Positions 12,401 through 24,404 of a stretch of DNA of 64,000 bases are shown here, piece after piece; the first letter of the stretch is position 1, and every line of letters starts with the position of its first letter. Location: NCBI GenBank assembly GCA_013239625.1, contig MU053754.1, positions 1,593,966-1,657,965 on the forward strand. Reading direction: 5' to 3'. A program made the translations under genes and the position numbers. The stretch is from Lama guanicoe (taxonomy: Eukaryota). The notes under the pieces were generated by a model. That model did not search any database and had not been told where the DNA came from. It was given only the letters and a program-made list of their open reading frames with translations.

Positions 12401-13199
12401 GTGGGACAAAGCTTCTGTGAAACAAACAAACCAAACAAGTGTGGGAGGCACAGGAACAAGCTTGCCTCTTCCCCAGAGTCTCATGGTGGCTGGTCTTTCT
12501 TTTCCTCTCCCTTGTCCCCATGGCTTCTCGTTCTCCATCATTATTTCAAGTCATCAAAGAAGAAATGTCAAGGGACTCCGCAGGAACACTCGGATGGGAC
12601 GCATAAAGAAAAATCGCAACATCTCTCCTATTCTTACTACTCAGAGATTTGTGTCTGATTTGAGGATGCACTGTTCAAAGCACAGGACTCCTTGGAGATT
12701 CTCTGGATAAGAAAGAGACACATAGTAAACCAACTCAAGGTCAGGCAGATCAGGTTTTATTTGCCTCGGGTTGGCGGCACAGCCCCCAGGCTCTCCGGTA
12801 CACCCGGGTATGCGTTAGCTGGATGTCTTTGCACGTAGAGTCACTTTTCATAAGGATCTGAGGGTGCAGGGGAGCGTCAGCCAAGGACAGCTGCCAAAAA
12901 TAGCCGACTTCCAGGGCTGCAGAGAAATCGCAAGACCAGCGTAAAAGGACCCCAGTCACACCAATTAACCCATGGATGCCAAGCAGGGGGCTAGGTTCTA
13001 AAACACCCTGCGGTAAGATTTTTAGGAGGGCTGTTAATCTCCTGGAGTGTGGAATTGCAGCTGTTCGGCCTGCTGAAAGGAAGATGCATTTTAGAAACTC
13101 AGCAAGGTGCATCCCCAGTTGAGAACCTATAGGGTGAGTTGACTAGTAGAGGAAACCAGCACCAGTTAGCCTTGCGAGACCATCCAGTTAGAGTCACTG

Positions 13200-13506
13200 G
13201 AGGTGGGGAGAGGAGGTGGTGCTTCACACAGTCAATTAGGGACCCAGATCTCTTCCATCTTGGGCTCTGCCATTCACCAGCATCTGCATTCCGCAGTCTG
13301 ACAGGGAAGGAGGGAGATGGTGGGGCAGGTCTGACGGGTGCTCCAGGCTCCAGGAGCAGAGTCTGGGAGAGCCATAGAGCACCCCCTCCTCTGTATTCAC
13401 TGGCCAGGTCTGTCAGGGGTCCTCGTACAGCTGCAGGGGAGGCAGAGAATGCCATCCAGCTTCGAGCCCGAAGGAAGCAGAAACAGTGCTAGTGATCTCT
13501 ACCACA
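13200..13506 (-). mobile_element. Old MaLR LTR fragment (MLT1J-like)
   Basis: CAGTCAATTAGGGACCCAGATCTCTTCCATCTTGGGCTCTGCCAT...AGCTGCAGGGGAGGCAGAGAATG...TCTCTACCACA. Confidence 0.5.
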
Positions 13507-14512
13507 CATAAATGTTTATAAACGCCCCCTCTCCCTTTAAAGAAATCTCTGAAAGGATACACACCAACCTAGGTTGTCCGAGCGGAGAGCAGCTGGGTGT
13601 CTCAGACATGAGGCAGCAGGAGACTTGCTTCTCACTATTTGGATGTTTTGAATTTTATACCACAAGCAGGCATGCCTGTTAAAAAGGAATTAATTTTTGT
13701 TTTAAGTCCTCAGTAGGAAAATAACGAAAGCTCAATGCACACAACTCCCAGAAATGGACATAAATGCTTTCACAGGTGAATGTAAAATTGCTTGTGTTCT
13801 TGAAGACCAGGTTGTAGTCTTCTGAGGGTATTAAAGGCAGATCACCTCAGAGTCAGTGAATGTGAATAGACTTTCACCAAAATCAGTTATATCTGCCTCT
13901 TTCAATCAGTATCCTGTCACTTCCGTAGGTAACCGTTCTTGACCACCTTCAGAGTAATTGGGACTAAATTGTGTCTCCATGAAAACATATTATTAAAACA
14001 GCTCAGAATGATTTTAATGTAATTCATCATAAAAAAACAATTTCATACAAGTTTTCTCTTTTCCAGTTTGAAAGGTTCTTGCTATAACAGCCATTCTTGG
14101 TAGCCATTCTATGTTAGGATTGCTAAACATATTTTATTCAATGTTCATAAAGAGATAAGCAATATGGAGAGGTTCTTATTGGAGAGTCACAATTCTTACT
14201 GAAGGAAAGTCCTCCATTAGAACTTCTGCACACTCTCTTTCTTTCCTGTTGGCTTAGAGAATACAAATCCTAGGAGCTAGCAGCATTGTCTGGGGTTTGA
14301 TGTTTTGTTGCTTTTTTGCCAAATTTCCTGATAATCCAAGTCCTTGCCAGAATCCTCTCCTCCTTCTCCTCAGTATTTCCAATTCACTTGCTAACTGTGA
14401 AGGAAAAATGCATAGACTTGTCACAGGACAAAGGTTGCTCCCCCCCCCGAAAAAAACCGTTGAAATTGCCTGTTAGAAATGTTCTTAATTAAGAGATTTT
14501 TTTTAAATTTTG

Positions 14513-14653
14513 TTTTGGGGGGAGGTAATTAGGTTTATTTCTTTTTTTTTATTTAATTTTTTATTTATTTTTAATGGAGGTGCTGGAGATTGAACCCAGG
14601 ACCTCCTCCCTGCTAAGCAAGAACTCTACTACTGAACTATATACCCTCTACCC
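14513..14653 (-). mobile_element. tRNA-derived SINE, camelid Vic-1-like
   Basis: GGGGGGAGGTAATTAGGTTTATTT tail and GGAGGTGCTGGAGATTGAACCCAGGACCTC...CTCTACTACTGAACTATATACCCTC head (reverse complement of the A and B boxes). Confidence 0.85.
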
Positions 14654-14784
14654 ACTCCCAAAATTTTTTTTTTAAGTTTTTAAATCCTTGAAAACACTGA
14701 TGTTTTGGAGTAGTTAGAAAAGAATTTTCAGGTGACTACTCTTGTATGCTCATTAGATAAAAATTTTAGATCCTTTAGAATATT

Positions 14785-15260
14785 TGTATTAGTCAGCTTT
14801 TTCTGCATAATAAGCATCCCCAAAACTTAATAGCCTAAAATAACCACCTTTTACTTACTTTATGATTCTGCAGGTCAAAAATTTTAGCTGGATTCAGCTG
14901 AGTGGCTGGACTCACTCTTGGCTGAGCTCAGTCATGAATCTGCAGTTTGCTTCCAGGTAAACTGGAGACTGGCTGCTCACCAGGTGGCTAGTCTCTACTC
15001 CACATAGCCACATAGCCTGCCATCCTCCAACAGGCTGGGCAGAGCTCTGAGAGAGAAGAGGGGCTTCTTGACATCTGAGCCTGGAACTCACACAAGTGTC
15101 CCTGGTATCACATTCTGTTGGCCAAAGCAAGTTACTGGGTCAGGCCAGAGTCAAAGGAAGGGAAAATAGATTTGAACTATTGATAAGGGTCATTGCAAAG
15201 TCATATTGCAAAGGAGCATGCATGCAGGTAGCAGTGAAGGGTCATGGCCATTCTCAACAT
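14785..15260 (-). mobile_element. MaLR solo LTR (MLT1H-like)
   Basis: TGTATTAGTCAGCTTTTTCTGCATAATAAGCATCCCCAAAACTTAATAGCCTAAAATAACC...ACATTCTGTTGGCCAAAGCAAGT...GCAAAGTCATATTGCAAAGG. Confidence 0.75.
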
Positions 15261-16416
15261 TTGCAATTGTATTTATTTCTATTTTCCTAATGACATTCTC
15301 CTACAGGGAGGTTTGAAAAAAAAGTCAACCCTGTGAAGAAGAATAGGGCAAAAGAGTTGAAAACCAGAAATCTCCATTGGATTCTTATCTGACACAAGCC
15401 CTGATACATGAATGGACATTATTTTTTAAATTTGAAAATTCTGACTCTCTGTCCTTAAAATATAACCTTGAACGTCAGGTTCTTACATTGCTCCCAAAGC
15501 TACCTGTTTTGTTGCTTGGTAGAATAATTACCCATTTCCTGCAGCAGTGGAAAATCACATATGATCATTGTAGAGAGAGTGCTGTTATAGCAATGGGAAA
15601 AAATGTTGATTTGATGTAAGGTTTACGTAACTAAAGCTCATGGATGTTGAACAAAACAGCCTCATTATTTTGGTATTCCCTTCAAAACACAAAGGGGGGG
15701 GGGTAGGACAGCCAAGCCAACTTTAATAAATAGAAAAAGAAAAGCAGTGAAAGAGAATCATTAATATCATGCTCGTGAGTAGGAGGCATTAACCAAGAAT
15801 AATGAGAAAGAAAATTGGCAGCTTTGTCCCTGGTGAAGACTGTGCTTCTGCCACGACTAAAACTGGCCCGTGGCTCACAGACTATTCCCCATCCTACCCC
15901 GCCACCCCATTCCCGCCACTTCATAGGACTGTCCATCCACTATCCACATGTGGTATGATTTTCTAAAACATCACAGGGGGCTGGCACAGCATCACCGAAT
16001 TGCAGTATATATTTGCAGCATATTTCCAAGAGGGAAAAATATCCATCCCCCTCATCCCCAATATCTTTGGTGTTAAAATTAGAAGAAAAGCTTTTGGAGG
16101 TAAGGGGGACAATTACACATTACTGAACATATCTTGAAGGCATAGCCCATCAAGTAGACTAAAAATATCTGAAGGAAAGCCAGATACCGTGAAGAAATTA
16201 CATCATGACCCTCTGAACCAGTATGTACTTCCTCCTTTTCCTTTTAATTAATTTAATAAATAATTTATTGAGCCCTTAAAATGAAAAAGGCATTGGGCTA
16301 ATCGGGGGGGGAAGCATAGAGTTTAGTAAAACATAGCTGTTTCTCTCGAGGACATTATGATTTATCAAGAAAGAGAAGCCCTTACTAAATAACAGTGACA
16401 CAAGTTGAAATAAATA

Positions 16417-16983
16417 TAGTCCATCCTCATTAATCACGGATTCATGATAGAATTATTTATTGAAATCAATATTCGTGGTGCTTTCACAGTCATTCAAGGA
16501 CACGTACACAATGGTGAAAATTTTTTTTGTTGCTCAACAAGCACATTCCCAGCCTAGGTTTTTCACAGCCTATTTAGTGCCAATGTTTTTTGCATTTTTG
16601 TGCCTTTTGTTGGTGATTTGACCACTTAAAATGGCCCAGTAATGCTGAAGTGCTGTCTAGTTTCCTAAGCATGAGAAGGCCGTGCTGAGCCGTACGGAGA
16701 AAATATGTGTGTTAGACAAGCTTCCTCTAGGCATGCGTTATAGTGCTGCTGACCATGAGTTCAATGTGAGCAAGTCAAAAATACACACTAAATAAGGTGC
16801 CTCTGAACAGGAACGTACATACATCAAGCTTCCATACTGATTTGCTTAATGAAATGCTGCAAGCAGAGACTCATAGGAACCTAACCCTGTATTTCCCCTA
16901 GGAGCAGTGGTTCCGTCTTCATTAATTCAGTGTTCCTGGCGACTTTGTAGAACATCACTACTGCGAATAATGAGAATCAACTG
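16417..16983 (+). mobile_element. Tigger-family non-autonomous DNA transposon (MER82-like), inside an L2 remnant
   Basis: Imperfect terminal inverted repeats: TAGTCCATCCTCATTAATCACGG versus the reverse complement of CTGCGAATAATGAGAATCAACTG (16/23 match). TA on both sides (16415-16416, 16984-16985). Internal GGAACCTAACCCTGTATTTCCCCTAGGAGCA is typical of MER82. Confidence 0.8.
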
Positions 16984-18204
16984 TATTCATTAAATGAATG
17001 TGTAAAAGGACATATGTCACAGAGGACCAGCTAAAATGCTCTGGATGTTCAGAGACAACTCCCAGGTGAAGGAAACTGGAAGAGTTCATAGGAGGCAGAA
17101 ACACAGCACTAATTGTGGATAGACTGAATCAGTTGTGCAGACTGAGTCAACTGTGGATTTAAAAAATTGGTTACACATGCCCTGCAAGGTGGATCAGCAT
17201 GAGCAAAGTCATAGACATGGAAAACCCTGGTGCACATCCTGCTTAAAAGCACAAGTTCCAATGTCAGGCCCTCTGAGTCATTCTGAGCAACTTTGGGCAC
17301 ACGGGGTAAGTTACTCAGTTTCCATTGAAGGGCGTTAATAATAGCATCTCTCTCCTAAGGTTGCTGTGAGGATCGAAGTCTGTTACAGCTTCATCATACA
17401 GAGCCTTGTGCATGTTGGATATCTAAAACAAGTCAGCTGTCATTGCTGTTGTGATGTATATTATAAGGTCAGCGGAGATTTTCATTTGGTCGGTCATCCG
17501 GTCTATGAGGCAAAATTGTGGGAAGTAAAGCTGGAAATATAGTTATGAAGTCAAGTCCCCAAGAACCTTGGATTCTTGATGAGGAAACAGATTTTGCACA
17601 CCTTAGTGCTGGGGAGCGAGAGTGGGTTTTTGAACGGGGAACAGATGACATTCAGGTTGCGCTGTAGCCAGAGGCTGGCAGTGGGAAGGAGGAAGGACGG
17701 GAGGGGCACAGTGGGGACCGAAAGACCAGTGAGAAGATGGCCCAGAAGGAGGTGAGGGCTCCAGGAGGAGACAGAGAAGAGAGAGTTCATGAGATCAGGA
17801 AGAAGTTGAGGCAGCAGAGTCAAACATTATATGTAGGGCTTCCTCGTCTGGTGCCGGTTCCGTGCCAGCATTTAGACTGAAGTTCACAGAGCCTTAACTT
17901 GTCATGTGTGCAAAGCTCGGGATAAATACTGACTGTGATGAAGCAGTTGAACAGTGGTTTAAAGATTTTAGGCAGGAAGACAGGTTGGAGGATGGGTGTA
18001 TTTCAGTAACCAAGATGGAAAAGGAGCAGGGCTGGGTGGGGAAGATGCAGTTCAGTTTGGGGCCTGGGAATTGTGAGATGCTTCATGAATGGGGGTGATT
18101 TTGATGGAAAGCTGATGGCCCCATGGTACCAAGGGGCACCATCTCAGAATCAAGAATCCTGAAGCAGAGCTGTAGTTCTCTTGATTTTTAAGAGAAGCAC
18201 ATAA

Positions 18205-18265
18205 AGAAAAAGGGAGGAAGGGAAGAAGGAAGGAAGGAAGAGAGGGAGAGAGGAAGGGAAGGAAG
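18205..18265. repeat. Purine-rich (GGAA/GAGG) simple repeat
   Basis: GGGAGGAAGGGAAGAAGGAAGGAAGGAAGAGAGGGAGAGAGGAAGGGAAGGAAG. Confidence 0.85.
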
Positions 18266-19974
18266 CCTGGCCTTATGTAGTGAAATTTAGGGTATTTGTT
18301 GACATTGTTGTCTTCTCACAAGCAAATAGCAGGCACTTGGGTGCAGGTTTCTGTGGCCTGTAAAAATCTGGCTCCTAGTGTTTTCTACAAAACAGGAATG
18401 TACCACAGCCTGACTAAAATTCTAGTAGAACTCTCAAAAGCTTTGCCAGCATCTTAGTTTTACTTGAAACACCAATTAGCCAATGGGGAGTAAACAGGTG
18501 CCCACAAAGACAGTTTTAATTTATTCATTTTTCCAATGTTAATCCAACTCCTTTTACTTTGGGAACTAGGCTGGATTGGGAATGAGTAAAAACCAAAAAG
18601 GTGAATTCTATTTCTCATATAAAAACAAGCCTCTTCGCTACTTTCAAGTGCAAAAGCGAGTAATCCTCGTCCTAGGTAACCTTTGTGTGCTCTTTTAATA
18701 GCAGGGGGTGCACAGGGCATTTATTTCAATAAAAACTATTAACTGTATATGTTTTGTCTGCTCAGCGTTAATGATCCCCTGTTGACAGGGCTGCGTGCGG
18801 GTACTTCTTGAGTTTCAAAGCAGGATTATTAAACAGAAATGACTATCAGGTCTTGTAGTTTAGGTAACTGCCAAACAGACCAAGGACCAAAAAGAAGAAC
18901 AGAAAAGGAGACTGATTACCTGTAGCACTTTTTTTTTTTTTCCCTACTGGAAAAATTACCTTTGAGGCCCCAGCACTTTTCCACTCACACCACACAGGTT
19001 CCGAACTGGACTGCCTGCCATCTTTACCCAAGCAGGACCACACCCTCTCTCTGAGCCTGGGAAGCCACTTCTAAAACACCTTTAAGGCATCAAGTCCAAG
19101 ATGAAGGATTAATTAGGGGAAATTGTAAAGAAGAAGAAAACCATCCAGGGCTCTATTTCCTACACCGCTTTCTCTAGAATTCGAGGAATTCCTGCCGTTT
19201 GGACATCTGTATTTGATACTCATAATCTCATCAAAAAAGATAGCATTTGCTCTAGACTTGAAAAACATTTAAAATACTGTATATTCTCAGTCAGTTGGAA
19301 CATACCCCAATCAAAATTATGTTTTCCAAAACCTGATTTCATGAAAGATGTGGATGATGAAAGGGAGAGTCTCTGAAACTTCAGTGAGAATGCAACTTGC
19401 CGAGTGTAATATTGGGGCCGTTAGATGGAAATCAGCCCTTAGAGTGCAGGGCTTGTCGCGAGGTTTGCCTGCACCCAGGGAAGGTGAAGTTACAGCTTCA
19501 GGCTGCACTCCCTTCAGGAGGGCCGAGGAGTGAAATATTTGTTGTGTGTTGCAACAAGATGGAATCTGGGGTCTTTTGATGAAACTCGAGGAAACCGGAA
19601 AATTCACAACCCACTCCCTAAGGGTTAATTGTGCTTTGAGACCTAAAATTGTGCATTCTTCACAATAAAGATGGTCCAAATCAAAAACTAAACAAGTAAG
19701 AAAAAATGTGAATTAAGTGTTCCAAGTTATATATACCAGGAATTATCGTTTGACGAACAGGACACCAAAATTCTCAGGTAATTTGTTTATCCTCTTGTGG
19801 ATTGTGCACCCTAACAGTAGACTGGGGTCCAGTGTGTGTATTGTGGCCCTGAGACTGGTTGAATGTGGAGCCCTGAGCGGGTATCAGTTGCCAACACAAT
19901 CCGCTGAATGCAGTGGCCATTGGGTCATTGATCATTTGTTCAGCCATTGATCGCAACATGTGGATCTGGTTAGC

Positions 19975-20195
19975 ACAGGAATCCTCAGCCTCAGGACTCT
20001 TGATGTTTGGGACCAGAGCATGCTTTGTTGCTGGGGCTGTCCTGTGCACCGCAGACTGTTGAGCAGCATCCCTGACCTCTAGAGATGCTGAAACGCATCC
20101 CCACCCCCGTTATGACAACGAAAAATGTCTGCAGACATTGCCAAATGTTTCAGAGGGGAAGTGGGGACACACTCACTCCCCAGTGAGAGCATCAG
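19975..20195 (-). mobile_element. MER20 hAT MITE
   Basis: GGGGCTGTCCTGTGCACCGCAGACTGTTGAGCAGCATCCCTGACCTCT...TGACAACGAAAAATGTCTGCAGACATTGCCAAATGT. Confidence 0.85.
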
Positions 20196-21081
20196 ACTTA
20201 GATATAGGGGTGTGGTCCTGCCTGTCCTAATCATCTCTTCGTGCTCAGCCAGCCCACCCAGAGACCCACTCCAAATGCCCAAAGGGGCAAGTCATAACAC
20301 CTGCTCACACTTACAGTCTAACTGCCGTTCTTCGCCACAACCTCACTCTTGGATTTCTGCCTCCAGTCCTGGCTTTGAGACCACATCTGACTCATCGCAA
20401 AAGTTATTGGACTTCCCATTCAGCTCTTTCTTCCAGGTCCCCATATCCTGTACTTTGGTCTCCAAGAGGAAGAAGTTCTTATCAAGCAGCCCCGTATCTC
20501 CACCACCCTGCCTTTACCTCCACACTCAGCCAAGGCGAGGGGGTGATTCAGTAACCACCATCTGGCCATTCATCCATTTACCTAAGGACAGCATAGCGAG
20601 GGAATCTGAGTTGGTGAATGAGCCTGCCATATTTAGCTCCACATTCTGTCTCATCAGTTGTCTTGAGCAACTCTTTATTTCTCTTAAGGAATAACTGGTT
20701 AAAGATTCATACTTAATCACAGAAAGTCAGGAACCAGTAAGTGTCTATTGAATGAGAAGGCAGGCCAGTGAGGACCTGGTGGTCTGGGAAGTCTCAGATG
20801 TTTGTCCATTCGTTCAGTCACTGTTGGAACAAGACTCTTCTCTGACAGTTTATCGTTGTGTCTTCTACGCCTAGAAAAGTGTCTGAAATATAATTGATAC
20901 TCCATATTTGTTGAATGAGGTAATTTACTTCTCAGAAACGTTAGGTAATGAATATTACGTAAGGGCATCTTGCATGTTCAGTGCTGGTGTAAGGGGAATG
21001 AATGAATCAATCAGTCAATGATTCCTCGATAGAGTGGTGGCTTTCTAGTGGCAGGAGTCGACCATTTTCGTATTAGACTCC

Positions 21082-21681
21082 ATGGTAGGCAGAGTTCTAA
21101 GATGACCCTTAACATTCCTGACCTCTGGCATACACACACCTCTGAGTTATTCAATCACAAGAACCTAGATGCTTCTCTGAAGGGATTGTGCAGGTGGAAT
21201 TCAACCCCCAATCAGTCGACCTTAAGAAGGGAGATTATGCTCAGTGGGTGTTACCTAACTAGATGAGGACTTATAGGTGACAGGACTTTTTTGGAAAGAG
21301 ATTTGAAGCATGAAGGGGAATCAGGTGGGGCAGGGTCTCTGCTACTGGATTAAAAGATGAAGGGAGCCAGGTGGCAAAGAATGCGGAGGCCTTCTGGGAG
21401 CTGACAGCCAGCAAGGAAACAGGACCTCGGCTCTCCCACTGCACGGAGCTGAATCCTGCCACAACCGCTTGACTTTGGGAAACGACCAGACCTTCAGCTA
21501 AGAAGCACAGCACCACCGCTGCAGCCAGGCCCCGCCTCCACGCGGCCTGGGGAGAGCTGAGCAGAGGACGTGGCCGCACAGACCCAGACTGCTGACCTTA
21601 GAACTGTGAGCCGATAAGTGGGTGTGATTTTAAGCCTATCAGTGTGTGGTGATATGTGATGTAGTGAAAGAAAACTAGTAG
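21082..21681 (+). mobile_element. MaLR solo LTR (MLT1E-like)
   Basis: TGGTAGGCAGAGTTCTAAGATGACCC start. AATCAGTCGACCTTAAGAAGGGAGATTAT and GACAGCCAGCAAGGAAACAGGACCTC internally. Ends AGAACTGTGAG...TTTTAAGCC...GAAAACTAGTAGA. Confidence 0.8.
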
Positions 21682-22445
21682 AGTTCAAAACAACATAGCA
21701 ATTCAATAAGTAGACCACAGAGTTAATTCTCGTATTAATTGGGGGGGGGGATTTGTACTGTGTAGAGCCAAGCCTCTCGCCTGATGGAAGGAGCTCTCCT
21801 CCCTCACCTGCAGTCTGCCTGAAGCTTTTGCTGTGGCGGTGATGGTGGCAGCAGCGCTGGAAGGAAGGAGATTTATGTAAGGCTCAGAATGAGCGGAGGG
21901 AGAAAGCCGGAGAGAAATGAGGGATGGGGCAGGAAAAGGAGTCCGTAGGAATGCCTTGCTCGAGAGCACACTGGTCAGTGTGTGGAAGAGATTTAAGGAC
22001 ATTTGCCATTTGTATGTGATAATAAGAAAGAGAGAGAGAGGAGGGAAAAGATTTTCACAGAGTCTGTCACATGAACTATGAAGGAAAATTCAGTCAGTGC
22101 GTTTTCTCAATGCAACCCAGACTTTAGCTGCTCTCAGTTGAAAAATGGTCCAGTTTCCCCATCCTTGTCTCCTCCCACCTCTCCCAGCCCCTGCCTTGAG
22201 GCCTCAGGTCTGGGAAGATTCCCTGAAGATCCATCAGTGCAAGTCTACATACAAAATGCCTGTCTCCCTCTAGGAGCTTGCTGCTTCATGGCTCCCAGCT
22301 TCCCTGATAGCAGAGTAGAGGATGAGGAAACGGGTAACATAAGGGAGAGGCAGGTTGTTGGTACTTTTTGTAAAGCTTTGCAGCAGAAACAACCACTTGA
22401 AAGAGCAATCCTTGCCCTGACTCTCCCAGCCTCTTTCCTCTACAG

Positions 22446-22661
22446 CAGCGGTTTTCAGCTGGAGTGATTCTGCTCCCCAGGGAACATTTGGCGCTGTCTG
22501 GAGACATGTTTGGTTGCCACCCCTGGGAAGGGTGGGCTGCTCCTGGCTGCGAGTGGGTAGAGAACAGGAGGGCTGCTAAACGTCCTGCAGTGTGCAGGAC
22601 AGCCCCGCATCAAAGGCTTATCCAGCCCCCACGTCAGTAGTGCTGAGGCTGAGAAACCCTG
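22446..22661 (+). mobile_element. Full-length MER20 hAT MITE
   Basis: 216 bp with both termini (CAGCGGTTTTCAGC ... GCTGAGAAACCCTG). Degenerate 8-bp flanks CTCTACAG / ATTTATAG. Confidence 0.9.
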
Positions 22662-24182
22662 ATTTATAGCCACTGATGGCCAAAGACTGAAGTTCGAGGA
22701 CGTCAAGGAAAGCGATGGAAACCAAGTACGCTAGCTTTCATTGACAGACTCTGATGTCTGGTTTATTCAGTGTTTCACTGTGGGAAAAAAGGAAAAGGAG
22801 AAAAACCTACCATTATTTCTCAGGTTAAAAAAATTACTGAAATGCAAACCACATGAGGATAGAGTTATCTTGCTGCGCTGCCTGCAGACAAAATACAGCA
22901 AGGTGCAGGGCAGTTTCGGAACCCCTCACCAAGTTGCCACAGGGTGAGATGACTCTTGTAACTCTCCTGCTGCCATTGCATGTGTCCTGGGGCTCCCTGC
23001 ATGTCCCCAGACTGGTGTTTCGCCTGTCGGATGGAGGTGAGGCTGAAGATCTCTGTGAGGGAGGGTAGACGGGCTTATACCCTGGAATTGGCACCAAAAG
23101 AAACGCCCTGAGTTCTCCTCTGGGAAGTTCCCTAGGAGGAATGGCTGTCACAGTTCGAGTAGGACTGCCTGAAGATGGAGGGCAGGTGGGCTGCCATTGT
23201 TTGGGGTTCCAACCACGACACCCTGTTTCTCTAAGCAGCTTCATAGATCAACAGGACAACAGCTGAGGGCAGGGTGATAAAGGAGCTGTGATTCATTCTC
23301 AGGAATGCTCTTGGCTCTAGCTTTCCGCCCATCACCTCGACCTGATGGACTCGCCTCAGGCCTGTCAGTGTCCAGGGCCCCAGCAGTGGAACAGCAGTGT
23401 TGCACTCCTGATGAACCGAAGCCCCGGGGCTTCTCCTCCGGAGCTGATGGAATCAAGTCCTGCCACATCAGAATTGGGGATGTGGGCGTCGGCATTTGAT
23501 AGACACCCGAGGGACTCCGGAGACCCACCCGGAGATACAGTGAGAGAGACTCACGGGGAGATGATGGCCGAGGTCTCTTTGCATGGGAGCTGAAAGGGAA
23601 AGCAGGTACTGTGATCAGGAGAAATGGTTCCCTTGTCAGCCTTCACACTTTCTGGGCTTTCTTTATGAAGGCATCAATCTTAAGTTTCTACACAACAGGA
23701 CTGGTGTAGGCACATAAAGAGGCGTCGAAGAATCATTAATTTCATCTTGTCTTTTCCTTTTGTTGTGACAGAAGCAACCAGCCTTCCGACAGATCCCCAG
23801 AAACACCAGCGCTCCCAGGACAGAGATTCTTTCCATATTTACATGCTCTGGTACTTGTAGGCACGGCCCTTTCTTTGGCAGGCTTCTGCTTAGCTGAATA
23901 ACACTTGGAGTTATTCTTAAAGCCCAAAAGCAATCTCTTCTTTTTCTAAATGTTAGCTCCGTGCCCATAATTTATAATAATCCTGGAATAGAAGCAACTT
24001 TATTTTCAGGGATTTTACTATACCCATTAACCGATGAGTTTGAGCTCTTATGCCCCCTCCACTTTTTTAATTCGTGAAATTGATCATTTATCAAATTTCT
24101 ACTTTGCTCCAAGCTCTGTGCTAGACTGTTGGGGGTAGGGATTGGGCATAAAGTTGAATCAGAGAGACATCCCTCTGCTCTT

Positions 24183-24404
24183 TTTTTTTTTAAGGTCTTT
24201 TTTTTTTTTCTTAGCAGATAAGGTTTTTGTTGTTTGTTTGTAAGCCCAGTATTTTATCCTTGTTTTCTTTGGAGGTGGGTAATTAGGTTTATTTGTTTAC
24301 TTATTTATTATATTATTATTATTTTTGTTGGAGGTACTGGGGATTGAACCCAGGACCTTGTGTGTGCTAAGCACACACTCTACCACTGAGCTGTCCCCTC
24401 CCCC
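24183..24404 (-). mobile_element. Vic-1-like tRNA-derived SINE with extended 3' tail, inserted into an L2 3' end
   Basis: Head on the minus strand is GGGGGAGGGGACAGCTCAGTGGTAGAG...GGTCCTGGGTTCAATCCCCAGTACCTCC. Perfect 13-bp TSD TCCCTCTGCTCTT at 24170-24182 and 24405-24417. Confidence 0.9.
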
